Part shown: positions 52,095 to 64,000 of the stretch, in pieces
Position numbering within the stretch: the stretch's first letter is position 1
Layout of the letters: every line of letters begins with the position of its first letter
Source: Myxococcota bacterium
GTDB taxonomy: Bacteria; Myxococcota_A; Polyangia; Nannocystales; Nannocystaceae
Assembly: GCA_039028615.1 (NCBI GenBank)
Contig: JBCCHT010000012.1
Location: 96,001 to 160,000 of the forward strand
Reading direction: 5' to 3'
Length of the DNA: 64,000 nucleotides
Position numbers and translations under genes: made by a program
The notes under the pieces: model-generated
Seen by the model: only the letters and a program-made list of their open reading frames with translations
Told to the model about the DNA's origin: nothing
Databases searched by the model: none

Positions 52095-52143
52095 GGGGGC
52101 ACAGAGTAGTCGCGAAAGCCCTCCAGGGCACGACGGACGAAGC

Positions 52144-52542
52144 TCACTCGAGCAGGGAACGAAGCCGAGCGCGCTCTAGTGGCCCCATCACTTCCGAAAG
52201 CCAGCGCGTGAGTTCGGACGGGTCGTCGAATGCCCGACGCTGCGGATGACCCGCCTCACGAATCATCCGCCCGATCTGGAGGGCGACCACGGGCGAGTCC
52301 GGCAGCATCGTTGCCGTTCGAATGAGCTGCTGTTCGGAGCGCATCACCGACACGTAGGCCTCGACCACGTCGGGCGGAAACACGCTCGCGCGACGAAGGT
52401 CGACGAAGCAGATGTAGGCTTCCCCGACCCCGTCGACGACCGCGTCGTGCTCACGCCCCCACTGCTCGACTTCGTCCAGCGACACGGGCGACCCGATGGC
52501 GATCTCGACGAGTCGACCGACCTGGTGCGCGACGCGATACAT
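52144..52542 (-). CDS. small STAS/SEC14 (SpoIIAA-like) domain protein
   Basis: 132 aa from ATG 52542; CFVDLR...F....L..WL pattern typical of this fold. Confidence 0.55.
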   Translation of the reverse strand: MYRVAHQVGRLVEIAIGSPVSLDEVEQWGREHDAVVDGVGEAYICFVDLRRASVFPPDVVEAYVSVMRSEQQLIRTATMLPDSPVVALQIGRMIREAGHPQRRAFDDPSELTRWLSEVMGPLERARLRSLLE

Positions 52543-52577
52543 CGGCTCGAGGATAGCGCGCTCGCGGCCGGGGCTGC

Positions 52578-53891
52578 CTACGGCTCGTACTCGAGCACGA
52601 ACATCCCGGGCGCGACCGCTTCTGCGGCCTCGGTGGTGAGCAGCTCCAGGCTCCCCGGAGAGTCCCGCAGGTGGCCGTTGAACAGGCCGATCGCGAAGTG
52701 CCGCTGTAGCGGGAGCGCGAGTTCGGGAGCGATGTGCTCCTCGGTGCAGCCATCGTCGAGCGCAGCACTCAGGCCGATCTCGGTGGCCGCCTCGATCGCG
52801 GCCGGGTCGAGCACGCACATGTCGCTGAACGTAAAGTGACCGCCCTCGCGAACCGTCAAGCGGCTGCGGGGGGCGGTCATGCGCGAGTAGATGGTGTCGG
52901 CGTCCTCGGGGGTGGTGGTGGCGTCGACCTCACCCACCTGGAGCATCACGGGGATGGTGATGTCCTCGGGCTCGTTGGCCAGCGCGCCGAACCAGGTGAC
53001 CTCGTATCCCGGAGGCGCCTGGGCCACGGCGACATCGATGGGTCGGTCTTGGCCGAGCATGCGCAACGTGGTGAGCGCACCGAAGGAGTGCCCCGACATG
53101 CCGACGCGCTCGCCATCGACGATCGCCCCGAGCGGGTCCTCGGCCCCCAAGCCCTGCAGGTGCGCCAGCACGAAGCCCATGTCGTCCGGCCGCAGGCCGA
53201 GGCTCTCGAACTGCGCCTCCGTGCTCTGCTCGCCGGCCAGGACCGCGTCGCTGAGGGTATTGCCCGCGTGATCCGGGGCCGCGACCACATAGCCGTGGCT
53301 GGCGAGGAACACGGTGAGGAAGGTCGACTGCATGCGAACCCCCGACGAGCCGTGGCTGAACAGCACGATGGGGAACTGCTCGCCCGTGTCGCGGGGGTCG
53401 GCATCACGGACCGCCTCGGTGGCGAGCTCGACCTCGAGCTTGCCCTCGATCTGCGCCCGGGCTTCCTCGGTGAGCAGGTCTTCCTCGGTATAGACGTAGC
53501 CGGGCTGGTCGCGCGCGGCCTCGACCGCCGGGTACCACAGCTCGGTCACCAGTCGCCGCGGCTGGCCGTCGTCGTCGGGGCGCGAGTCGTCGAGCAACTC
53601 GACGGTCATCACCCCCACCGGGTACGGGCCCATCCTCGCGGGATCGGGCGCAGCGTCGGGCCCCGCCGGATCGAAGGGCAGGCTGTCGTCGGCCCCGGTT
53701 CCGCTGCTGCTGCCGTCACCGCTCTCGTCGGCGGCTTCGGTGGTCGTGCCCACGCCCGAGGTCGTGGTGGCGTCGGAACTCGTGCTCCCGGCCGCGTCGT
53801 CCGCCGCCGGCTCCGTGCTCTGGCACGCGGCCAGGCTCAGAGACACCAAAAAGATCGAGCAGGGGATCGTCGTTCGCAGGTCCAAGGCCAT
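52578..53891 (-). CDS. lipoprotein alpha/beta-hydrolase (dienelactone hydrolase/PAF-acetylhydrolase-like)
   Basis: Lipobox [33 protein letters not shown] and GGHFTFSD motifs. Confidence 0.8.
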   Translation of the reverse strand: MALDLRTTIPCSIFLVSLSLAACQSTEPAADDAAGSTSSDATTTSGVGTTTEAADESGDGSSSGTGADDSLPFDPAGPDAAPDPARMGPYPVGVMTVELLDDSRPDDDGQPRRLVTELWYPAVEAARDQPGYVYTEEDLLTEEARAQIEGKLEVELATEAVRDADPRDTGEQFPIVLFSHGSSGVRMQSTFLTVFLASHGYVVAAPDHAGNTLSDAVLAGEQSTEAQFESLGLRPDDMGFVLAHLQGLGAEDPLGAIVDGERVGMSGHSFGALTTLRMLGQDRPIDVAVAQAPPGYEVTWFGALANEPEDITIPVMLQVGEVDATTTPEDADTIYSRMTAPRSRLTVREGGHFTFSDMCVLDPAAIEAATEIGLSAALDDGCTEEHIAPELALPLQRHFAIGLFNGHLRDSPGSLELLTTEAAEAVAPGMFVLEYEP

Positions 53892-54325
53892 CGTCCTCAA
53901 AAGAAAGGACGAGGGTACGCGGTCGCCGTCGCACGTGTCAGTGCGATGCGAGGCCCCGCGCGGGCGGACGCGAAGAGACTCGCCTCACGATTGCGCTAGC
54001 TCGGGAGCAAGCCCCGAGCGCGCTGGCGTTGAGACCAGTGACGCGCGGCCGCGACCTCCTTCATGATCCGGGCGTGCCGGCCGTCGGTGCGATCTTCGAA
54101 CACGAAGGGGAGCGTGGTCGCCGAGGACGCAACGGCGGCGTCGGGGGAGGAGGAGCGGGAATCTCGAGGGGTCGGTTGCGGAGTCATCGTCGTGGTTTTC
54201 AAGCTGGGTCCGGTTTCGGCGAGCGCAACCCCCCACGGGGCCTCCCACGCCACTTTGCGCGACTTCCGCGGTCGGGGTCTCCGCCTCCCCCTCGGTTTTC
54301 GTATAAGTCCCCTCCGAGGCACGCC

Positions 54326-56029
<1,704 letters not shown>

Positions 56030-56150
56030 GCCCGCCGACGCCGAGAGCCACGCGTCGTCGTCGAGGCGCGTGGCCTCGTCGCGAGAATCGGTCACAAAGC
56101 ACGTCCGCTCGGGGCCGCGCTCGTACTACGTATGTACGAGTCTGGTCTCC

Positions 56151-56681
56151 ATGGGTTCGTATCCGTCTCTCCCCTGTGTCCACCCGGTGGGGCTCGCCCT
56201 CGTCGTGGCGGGCCTGGGTGCCTGCGGCCCCTCCGTCGATGCCTCCGACCAACCGAGCGGGGTACTCGAGTACGAGACCCTCTACGTCGAGTTCTACCGC
56301 GACGGCCACCGCATCGAAGGCGTCCCAGGACACCTCTACGACGAGCGATTCTACAGCGACCGGATCGGGTGCCGAGTCCTCACCGACTGGGCCGTCGACA
56401 CCCTCGAAGGCACCATCGCCGGCCTCGACCCGAGCCGAGACTACGACTTCGGGATCGACGGCGAGGACTGCGGTTGGACCCATTCCCCTTCGGGCGAGGT
56501 CCACCTGCCGGACTTCGAGCGCAGCCCATTTTCCTGTGACTCCATGTGCTGCCAACGAGACCTCAGTCCAATCGGCCTCGTCTACCTCTACATCTTCAGC
56601 AACTATGCGGGCGAGACCATCCATGTCGTTGGCGAGGACGAGCCCAAGGTCGCGCTCGAGCCCGACGAGTCCTGCATGTGA
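56151..56681 (+). CDS. hypothetical lipoprotein
   Basis: Lipobox LGAC; several Cys. Confidence 0.55.
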   Translation: MGSYPSLPCVHPVGLALVVAGLGACGPSVDASDQPSGVLEYETLYVEFYRDGHRIEGVPGHLYDERFYSDRIGCRVLTDWAVDTLEGTIAGLDPSRDYDFGIDGEDCGWTHSPSGEVHLPDFERSPFSCDSMCCQRDLSPIGLVYLYIFSNYAGETIHVVGEDEPKVALEPDESCM

Positions 56682-56702
56682 ACGGTGTAGACTCGCCGTC
56701 CC

Positions 56703-57674
56703 ATGAGTTCGACCGCCGCGACCAAGACCCTCACGCTCAACAATGGGGCTTCGATGCCCGCGTTCGGCCTCGGCACCTGGAAATCGAAACCCGGTGAGGT
56801 CGGGCGAGCGGTGGTAGAGGCGGTGAAGGCCGGCTATCGGCACATCGACTGCGCGTGGATCTACGGCAACGAGGCCGAGATCGGTGAAGCGCTGGCGGGA
56901 CTGTTCGCCGAGGGCGTGGTGACGCGGGACGAGCTGTGGATCACCTCCAAGCTGTGGAACAACCGGCATGCCCCCGCCGACGTCGAGCCGGGGATCCGCG
57001 AGACGCTCGACGCCCTGAAGCTCGAACGCCTCGACCTGTACCTCATGCACTGGCCCGTGGCGCTGCGACGCGAGGTGGTCCTGCCCGCCGCCGTCACCGA
57101 TCTGATTCCACTGGACCAAGCCCCGCTCGCCGACACCTGGGCCGCGATGGAAGGCCTGGTCGATGCCGTGCTGACCCGATCGATCGGCGTGTCGAACTTC
57201 AGCGTGCCCAAGCTTCGCGCCCTGCTCGAGCACGCCCGGATCCCGCCCGCCAACAACCAGATCGAGCTGCACCCGTACCTACGCCAAGCGGCGATGCTCG
57301 AGTTCTGTCGCAGCTCGAACATCGCCGTCACCGCCTACTCTCCGCTCGGCTCTCGCGATCGGGTGGCCGCCCTCAAGACCGAAGGAGAGCCGGTCTTGCT
57401 CGAAGACCCGGCCGTCGCCGCGATCGCCCAGGCCCACGACGTGACCCCCGCGCAGGTCCTCATCGCCTGGGCCCTACAACGCGGCACCATGGTCATCCCC
57501 AAGTCGGTCGACCCCGGTCGCATCCGCCAGAACCTCGCCGCGACCTCGCTGCAGCTGCGCGACGAAGACATGCGTAGCCTCGACGCGCTCGATCGTCATC
57601 GTCGTTATGTCGACGGTCGCTTCTGGTCCAGTCACGGCGGCCCCTACTCGCCGTCCGCACTGTGGGACGAATAA
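56703..57674 (+). CDS. aldo/keto reductase
   Basis: GLGTW, GYRHIDCA..Y, ITSKLW, DLYLMHWP, IGVSNF and IPKS motifs. Confidence 0.95.
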   Translation: MSSTAATKTLTLNNGASMPAFGLGTWKSKPGEVGRAVVEAVKAGYRHIDCAWIYGNEAEIGEALAGLFAEGVVTRDELWITSKLWNNRHAPADVEPGIRETLDALKLERLDLYLMHWPVALRREVVLPAAVTDLIPLDQAPLADTWAAMEGLVDAVLTRSIGVSNFSVPKLRALLEHARIPPANNQIELHPYLRQAAMLEFCRSSNIAVTAYSPLGSRDRVAALKTEGEPVLLEDPAVAAIAQAHDVTPAQVLIAWALQRGTMVIPKSVDPGRIRQNLAATSLQLRDEDMRSLDALDRHRRYVDGRFWSSHGGPYSPSALWDE

Positions 57675-57811
57675 TCGCGTAGTCCTCGGTGCTCTCGTTG
57701 CACCCGATGTTCATGCGCCGACTCGATCGATGAACCCTCGATCGAGTACGCGGCCCATCCCGAGCACCAATCCTTGTCCGTCTCGCATTCGACGTGATAG
57801 TCGAATTTGCG

Positions 57812-59074
57812 ATGAGCTGGCATGGATCGACGCTGTTGGTGTGTCTCGGACTGGCATTGCTCGGGTGTGGCGACGACACCCCGGTGACCGGAGACGGCGG
57901 CAGCGGAAGTGGCAGCAGCGGTGGCGACCCGACGCCGGGCGCCACCGGATCGCCGTCCGCCCCCGAGACGTCCGGCGCCGCATCGACCGGCGAAGGCAGC
58001 GAGACGGGCACCAGCGGCGGTGAAGACTCGCTCGACGAGAGCGGCACCGGGTCAGAGCCTCCCAGCGGCAACCCGCTGCCCGAGGGCCCCGTCGGCGAGT
58101 GGACGTGGGTCGACGTGGAAGGTTCGATGTGCCGCGACGGCAGCATGGCCGGCCTGTCCGTACGCTACGGGACCTCTCCCAACGTGGTCATCTACCTGTC
58201 GGGCGGCAACGCGTGCTTCAACTTCACCTCCTGCTCGATCACGGGCAGCGACGTCTCCAATCAGCCCAACGGGGGCAACGTCGGCGTGCTGAACCGCGAC
58301 GACCCGGCCAACCCCGTCGCCGACTGGACGCACATCTACCTGCCCTACTGCACCGGGGACGTATTCGCGGGGAGCAATCCCGACTCCGAGCATCCCATCG
58401 TGCCGGGCGGGCCGCAGCAGTTCGTCGGCTACGACAACGTCACCCTCTTCCTCGAGCGCATCGTCCCGACCTTCCCCGACGTCGAGAAGGTCCTGCTCAC
58501 CGGTAGCAGCGCGGGCGGGTTTGGTGCCGCCTACAACTTCGACCAGACCGCCCAGGCCTTCGGTCCCGACGTCGACATGATCCTCATCGACGACGCCGGG
58601 CCGCCCATGGCCGACGAGTACCTGAGACCGTGCCTCCAGCAGCACTGGCGCGACGTCTGGGGCCTCGACGAGACCCTCCCCGCCGATTGCGACGAGTGCT
58701 TCGGCCCCGACGGCGGCGGCATCTCCAACTACGTCACCTATCTCGACCAGAAGTATCCCGACGCCACCCTGGGTCTGCTGACCTCACTTCAGGACTGGTA
58801 CATCCGCTTGTTCTGGGGCTACGGCAACAACGACTGCTCCACCCTCAACGCGGCCATCCCCCCGAGCTATAGTGGTGCTCAGTATCAGCTCGGGGTCGAA
58901 GACCTCCGCGACAACTGGGCCATCGGCGACCAATGGGGCACCTTCTTCGTGGCGGGTGACGAGCATACGTTCTTGGACAAGCCGATCTACTTCACGCAGA
59001 CGGTGGGCGACATGCTGGTGGTGGAGTGGGTGGCCGCGATGGTCGACGGCGAGCCCAGCCATCACGCGCCGTAG
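57812..59074 (+). CDS. pectinacetylesterase/Notum-family hydrolase lipoprotein
   Basis: Lipobox LLGC; CRDGS, GGNAC, PYCTGD and GSSAGG motifs. Confidence 0.8.
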   Translation: MSWHGSTLLVCLGLALLGCGDDTPVTGDGGSGSGSSGGDPTPGATGSPSAPETSGAASTGEGSETGTSGGEDSLDESGTGSEPPSGNPLPEGPVGEWTWVDVEGSMCRDGSMAGLSVRYGTSPNVVIYLSGGNACFNFTSCSITGSDVSNQPNGGNVGVLNRDDPANPVADWTHIYLPYCTGDVFAGSNPDSEHPIVPGGPQQFVGYDNVTLFLERIVPTFPDVEKVLLTGSSAGGFGAAYNFDQTAQAFGPDVDMILIDDAGPPMADEYLRPCLQQHWRDVWGLDETLPADCDECFGPDGGGISNYVTYLDQKYPDATLGLLTSLQDWYIRLFWGYGNNDCSTLNAAIPPSYSGAQYQLGVEDLRDNWAIGDQWGTFFVAGDEHTFLDKPIYFTQTVGDMLVVEWVAAMVDGEPSHHAP

Positions 59075-59076
59075 GG

Positions 59077-62000
59077 TCAGGGCGCTCGGGCGCCGCCGTG
59101 CTCGGCGATCCACTGCTCGATCTTCGCGACCTCGGAGCTCGTGTCTGGCAGGGCGCGCCGGTAGTCGTCGCACGCTCGCACGGCCTGCTCGCGGGCGAGC
59201 CGCGGGTTGCGGGGCTCCAGCGCCTGCGCCAGGACGAAGCGGCCTTCGGCCAGGAACTCGATCTCCACCCCGTTACGCTCACGAATGTCGACGGCGCGTC
59301 GGGCCCGGGCGATGGCGACATCGACCTCGCCCTCGGCCTCGGCGATCCGAGCCAACCCCACGAGCGCTTCGGCCATCCGTTCGTGCTCGGGACCGAGGGT
59401 CGACTCCACGAGGGGGACCGATTCTTCGAAGAGCGTGCGGGCCTCGGTCAGCGTGCCACGATCGACCAGGATCTCGCCGAGGAGGTTGCGGCTGAAGAGG
59501 GTCCTCGGGTGCTCTGGCCCGAACGCGGCGAGCCGGATTCGCAATCCCTCCCGCGCATGAGGCTCCGCCGCTTCGAGTTCGCCCAGTCGCTGATGGGCCC
59601 GAGCGAGAGTCAAATGGGGATCGGAGAGGTCAGGATGTTCTGCGGGCAACGCAGCCTCGAGAACGGCGATGGCATGCGTCACGGGCTGGATCGCATCCGA
59701 CCAACGCCCCTGAAGACCGAGCAGCCAACCTAGTTTCATGTAGCTGTGGGCGGTGATGGGATGTTCTTCGCCGAACTGGAACAACCGGAGTTCCACACTC
59801 TTTCGGAACAATCGCTCTGCTTCCACGTGCTGCCCCAAGTTCGGCAACGCTGTCGCAAGGTTCTCCATCGCCAGCGCGACCTTCATGTGACGGTCGCCGT
59901 AGTTGGCTCGATGAAGCTCGAGCCCATGACGAAGGTGGTCGACGGCGGCTCGGTGATGACCAAGCCGAGCCAGCGCCATCCCGACCGCAGCAACTTCCGA
60001 CGCCGCATCTGGATGAAGTGGACCGAGCGAAGCCTGCACGATCTCCAGCGCGCGTCGATAGTCCCTGAGCGCGTCGTGGTTGCGCCCCATCATCAAGTGG
60101 ATGGTGCCTCGCTCCGAGATCGTGGACGCGGTGATCGGGTGCTCCTCCCCCAAGCGCTCGACTCGAGCCTTCAGGACCCGTTCGATGAGGGCCAGCGCGC
60201 CGTCGTAGTCCGCCTTGTTTCTCAACGTGACCGCGAGGTTGTGCTCCATGGACAGGACCCGTGGGTCGAGCCGGCCGAGCGCGGTTTGGTAGTAGACCGA
60301 AGCTTCGCGAAAGGACGACTCGGCCGCGCCGTAGTCGTCGTCGTTCAGCTGCACTGCGCCCATGTTGCCGTGGGCCGAGCCCAGCAGCTCGAAGTCGTTG
60401 AGCAGACGGGCCTTGGACAAGGCGACCTGGCCCCAGACCTCACCGAGCTCGATCCGCCCGCGGGCGAACCCCGTGACGTAGGCCAAGGCCGACGCGGCCC
60501 GAGCCTCGGTCTCGTCGTCTCCCTGCTCGCTCGCGATTCGAAACGCGCTCTCCAGCTCCCGCTCGGACTCCTCGTAGCGCCCGAGGTGGTCGAGCAAAGA
60601 GCCGCGCGCGTGCAGGGCCCGCGCGACGAGGGGCGCGTAGCCCAGCCTTCGGGCCTCGCGGAGAACCGACTCGACCTCCTGGAGCGCTTCGTCGTAGCGA
60701 GCGAACCTCTCTGCCACCCGCGCCGCGCTCAGCCGCCGCCCGAGTTCGTCGACCGCCAGCTTCATCTCGGCATCGCCAGGCGGGGGCACACGCTCCCGCA
60801 GCGAAGAGAGCCGCAGGACGTCGTCGCAGCGCACGAGACTCGGAAGGGCCGCCGAGGCTTGGTGGACCTTCGAGAGCGTGGGACCGTCGATGTCCGACAG
60901 CTCGTCGACGGTGGAGCGAAGGTCCTCCCTCCGCTGTCGAAGGCAGTCCAGCCTCATCTCCATGACCGCCTCGCTCTGCTCCTCGCGAACCTTGGTGGCC
61001 TCGCAGACCTCGGTATGGGCGGACTCCCACGCATCGGCATAGTCGTCCAACTCCCGAGCCACCCGGTGCCAGGTCTCCTCGGCGTAGGTGACTCCGGTGG
61101 CCAGCAACGCCCCTCGGACCTCGACCCGGCGCCCCTCGTCCCATACCCCCTCGAGCTGGTTGCGTGCTCCTTGGCAACGGAAACCGACCTCCGCGATGCG
61201 GCCGAGCCCCAACCCCACAGCCACCATGCCCACCGCGACCCCGATCACGAGCCATTGCCGCGTACGCGGTGCGGCGAGCCGACGCAGCTCGACCAGCAGC
61301 GCGTCCATCGAAGGCCAACGCAGCTCGGGGTCGGCCGAGAGCCCACGGAGCAGCGCCTCCCGCAGACGCATCGGCACCGAGGCCGCGTACTGGGAACGCA
61401 CCGAACCTCTCGCGATGGACCGCCGCAGGGTCGCCATGGTCCGCCCCTTGAACGGCCGTACCCCGTACAGCGCCTCGTAGAGCGACACACAGAAGCTGAA
61501 CTGATCGCTCCGCGAGTCGATGTCCTCCCCGTGCATCTGCTCGAGGGCCATATACGCGGGAGTTCCCATTACCACGCCGGACCGTGTCAGCGGCTCGAAG
61601 TCGAGGCGGACCTGGGTCGTGCCCTCGAGCGTCTCGTCGACCGCGGGCACGACCGAGCCGCCCACGAGACCGAAATCCAGGACCTTCGGCCAGCCCTTCC
61701 GATCGACGACACAATTGGCCGGCTTGAAGTCGCGGTGCACCAGGCCGGCCGCATGGGCCGCCGCCAACCCGTCGCCCACCCGGATGTAGACGTCGATGCA
61801 CTCCCGCCACGGCCGGGGCTCGCTCTGCCACTCCGCGAGAGATACCCCGTCGATGAGCTCCATCGCGATGAACCACTGCCCGTCGGCTTCTCCGACCTCG
61901 TACACGTGCACCACGTTCGGGTGCGACAGCTTCGCCAGCGCCAGGGCCTCGCGTCGCAAGCGAACCGCGTGCTCCTCCGAGGTCTCGGGGTGAAGCAGCT

Positions 62001-62274
62001 TGATGGCCACCGTTCGCTCCAGCGACTCGTCGTACGCCTCGAGCACGGTGCCCATACCCCCACTCCCGAGCTCGCCGAGTACGAGGTATCGCCCCAGCGA
62101 GTCGCCGCGCGTGACCGCAGGCGGCTGTCTCGGCTCGACGCTCAGACCATCGTGGAGCCCGTCGATGAGCTCCGCCATGTGGTGATGAGCAGTGTCCCGG
62201 CAAGAGTCGACCCGTTCGTCCACGGGAACGGGACGAGGGAGAGTCGCTGTCGGGTCGAGTTCGGACGGATCCAT
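59077..62274 (-). CDS. Hanks-type Ser/Thr protein kinase with TM segment and C-terminal TPR array
   Basis: LGSGGMG, VAIK, HRDFKPAN, DFG, GTPAYM and DQFSFC motifs; multiple kinesin-light-chain-like TPRs (LGEEHP). Confidence 0.93.
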   Translation of the reverse strand: MDPSELDPTATLPRPVPVDERVDSCRDTAHHHMAELIDGLHDGLSVEPRQPPAVTRGDSLGRYLVLGELGSGGMGTVLEAYDESLERTVAIKLLHPETSEEHAVRLRREALALAKLSHPNVVHVYEVGEADGQWFIAMELIDGVSLAEWQSEPRPWRECIDVYIRVGDGLAAAHAAGLVHRDFKPANCVVDRKGWPKVLDFGLVGGSVVPAVDETLEGTTQVRLDFEPLTRSGVVMGTPAYMALEQMHGEDIDSRSDQFSFCVSLYEALYGVRPFKGRTMATLRRSIARGSVRSQYAASVPMRLREALLRGLSADPELRWPSMDALLVELRRLAAPRTRQWLVIGVAVGMVAVGLGLGRIAEVGFRCQGARNQLEGVWDEGRRVEVRGALLATGVTYAEETWHRVARELDDYADAWESAHTEVCEATKVREEQSEAVMEMRLDCLRQRREDLRSTVDELSDIDGPTLSKVHQASAALPSLVRCDDVLRLSSLRERVPPPGDAEMKLAVDELGRRLSAARVAERFARYDEALQEVESVLREARRLGYAPLVARALHARGSLLDHLGRYEESERELESAFRIASEQGDDETEARAASALAYVTGFARGRIELGEVWGQVALSKARLLNDFELLGSAHGNMGAVQLNDDDYGAAESSFREASVYYQTALGRLDPRVLSMEHNLAVTLRNKADYDGALALIERVLKARVERLGEEHPITASTISERGTIHLMMGRNHDALRDYRRALEIVQASLGPLHPDAASEVAAVGMALARLGHHRAAVDHLRHGLELHRANYGDRHMKVALAMENLATALPNLGQHVEAERLFRKSVELRLFQFGEEHPITAHSYMKLGWLLGLQGRWSDAIQPVTHAIAVLEAALPAEHPDLSDPHLTLARAHQRLGELEAAEPHAREGLRIRLAAFGPEHPRTLFSRNLLGEILVDRGTLTEARTLFEESVPLVESTLGPEHERMAEALVGLARIAEAEGEVDVAIARARRAVDIRERNGVEIEFLAEGRFVLAQALEPRNPRLAREQAVRACDDYRRALPDTSSEVAKIEQWIAEHGGARAP

Positions 62275-62433
62275 TTCGATATCTCCCGGGAGCCTCTCCG
62301 AGGGGGCACACGAGGCTCGCGCGCGGAGATCGATATCCGCCTCGCCGACGAAGTCTGACTCCGATCACTCGACGATTTTTTCGACGACGATCGGCAGCGG
62401 GCGCTTCGAAGTCGATGCGCTACGTTGCCGACC

Positions 62434-63054
62434 ATGTTGGATGAACGTGTGCTGCTGGAGCGGTGGCGAGGCGGTGACGCGGCCGCCGGAGAGAAACTCG
62501 TACGCGAGTACTACCGCGAGATCTTCAAGCGCTTGCGCCGAGACGTGAACGGCGACTCGGACCTCGCCGCCGACTTGGCGCAGCAGGTCTTCGAGGTTGC
62601 CCTCAAAAAACGCGACGACATCGTGACCGACTTCCGCCGGTATCTCCACGGCATCGCCCGCCGCAAGGTCTGGGAGCACGCCCGCATCCAGATTGGCCGC
62701 GGCCTCGAGTCGAAAATCTCGAAGCTCGTCGACCCCGCTCGCGGTGCGGTCTCGGTGTTGGCCAAGGCCGAGGACGGCAGTGCACTGGTCGCGGCCCTTC
62801 GCACGCTCTCGGTCGAAGAGCAGTCCTACTTGATGTGGTACTACGCCGATCGCCTGACCCAGGGGCAGATTGCCGAGCGGGTCGGGCTCAGCACCCCGCA
62901 GGTCAACGGACGGATCCATCGGGCCAAGGAGAAGCTGCGCCGAAAGTGGCGAGCGCTCGACCAGGGCACCTCGGAGGTCATGACCGAGGAGGGCTTCGAG
63001 TCCTACCTGCACTCGCTGCGGCGACGGGTCGAGCCATCGCAGCTCGCGGGCTAG
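62434..63054 (+). CDS. ECF sigma-70 factor, divergent from the kinase gene
   Basis: LLERWRGGD..AGEKL, ADLAQQVF, FRRYLHGIARR and region 4 (LTQGQIAERVG...RIHRAKEKLR). Confidence 0.85.
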   Translation: MLDERVLLERWRGGDAAAGEKLVREYYREIFKRLRRDVNGDSDLAADLAQQVFEVALKKRDDIVTDFRRYLHGIARRKVWEHARIQIGRGLESKISKLVDPARGAVSVLAKAEDGSALVAALRTLSVEEQSYLMWYYADRLTQGQIAERVGLSTPQVNGRIHRAKEKLRRKWRALDQGTSEVMTEEGFESYLHSLRRRVEPSQLAG

Positions 63055-63348
63055 TCGGCTCCGTCGTTCCGTTCTGGAAAAAAGGAACGTTCGGGAGTCA
63101 GAACTTCTCCGACGCAACGATATCCAACCAATGGCGTGGGAACCGTCGTTTTCGCCAGTTTGAGGGCCCTGGCTCGACCCGCTCCCCGGACGAACCTCCG
63201 GGAGGCCGTGCGCCTCGACGCGCGCAGTCGCGCTTCGCGAGCCGGGTCGCCGTTTGCGGGCGTCACGCGCAAACGCAAACGGGGCATGGCCGCAGAAGAC
63301 GGCCATGCCCCTTCGCATCACCCGTGCTCGAAGGTCACGGGACTGCGA

Positions 63349-63777
63349 TCACGATCCGGCGGGCACCGTCTCGATCCACATGTGCTTGACGTCGACGTCC
63401 CAGTCCCATCCGTCCACCGGCGGCAGATCGAAGGTGGTCACTTGCTTGTACGCGAGCGCGACATCCTCGAAAGTGAGATAGTGGAACTCGCCGTTGTCGA
63501 GCAGCACGGTGATCTCGATGTCACCCGACATGCCTTCGCTGTCGTCTTCGAAGTAGATGTCCAACGTCGGCATGCTCTCGGAGGAATCTTCCGCGGCCCG
63601 CCCCGAGTTGACCCGGCACAGACTGCAGGGCCCGTTGAGATCGCCGTCCCGCGGCTCATTGAGCAGCTGCGTGGGGATCGGGTCACCGCCGGGGGTGGCG
63701 TGGGAAACGAGGCCGAAACCTCCGGTGAGCAGGAAGGCCCCGAAAGCGAGGCACGAGGGGATGAAGGGGTTGCGCAT
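63349..63777 (-). CDS. hypothetical secreted protein
   Basis: ATG at 63777 preceded by GAGGAGG; signal peptide; acidic beta-rich mature part. Confidence 0.6.
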   Translation of the reverse strand: MRNPFIPSCLAFGAFLLTGGFGLVSHATPGGDPIPTQLLNEPRDGDLNGPCSLCRVNSGRAAEDSSESMPTLDIYFEDDSEGMSGDIEITVLLDNGEFHYLTFEDVALAYKQVTTFDLPPVDGWDWDVDVKHMWIETVPAGS

Positions 63778-64000
63778 GATGGCGCCTCCTCGATGCAGCG
63801 GACTACCGTTGACTCGCGACGCCCCGCTGCACCGTGGCGACGTCACGACAAACGACGAACCGAATCCTCCATATCGGGCCGTGAGCCTCCAATGACCACC
63901 GACCATTCGGGGGTCGAGCTCCATGCCCACCGGTCACGATCGTGGCGATGCCTCACCTCGTGGCCCGGCTACGACATCCCGGGCCATCACCCTGGGATGC

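Noticed and set aside
59746..62358. Long antisense or alternative-frame ORFs (also 8041-9777, 16535-18460, 43541-45640, 48083-50548, 53996-56095)
   Set aside because: Shadow ORFs expected from high GC3 bias opposite well-supported genes; no protein motifs.

Overview
High-GC chromosomal window, most likely from a myxobacterium (Myxococcota). This is inferred from two MYXO-CTERM proteins, an FHA/TM/TonB-C gliding-motility-type protein, many lipoproteins, ECF/FecR genes and a TPR Ser/Thr kinase. It holds about 50 genes; no rRNA, tRNA, CRISPR or mobile element was recognised. Core content: an ahpC-PepSY-rpsD operon, a complete minus-strand ilvD-ilvC-ilvG-ilvM-leuA-leuC-leuD-leuB operon, a gcdH-like acyl-CoA dehydrogenase, sspB, pckA, ppa and prfC. 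Signals the ORF track does not show: (1) a small gene at 33096-33488 interrupted by an in-frame TGA in a C-T-(UGA) context, followed directly by a bacterial-SECIS-like hairpin and 56 more codons with coding-type bias, i.e. a candidate selenoprotein of no family I recognise; (2) a Val/Leu/Ile-rich 45-aa leader peptide with promoter, antiterminator and terminator, forming a classical attenuator for the ilv-leu operon; (3) an intact but catalytically degenerate LeuB paralog leading that operon; (4) a Cys-free S4 paralog co-transcribed with a peroxiredoxin; (5) a pseudo-receiver gene preceded by a perfect 14-bp AT-rich inverted repeat. Product calls come from motif recognition only; no database searches were run, and several start codons are uncertain.
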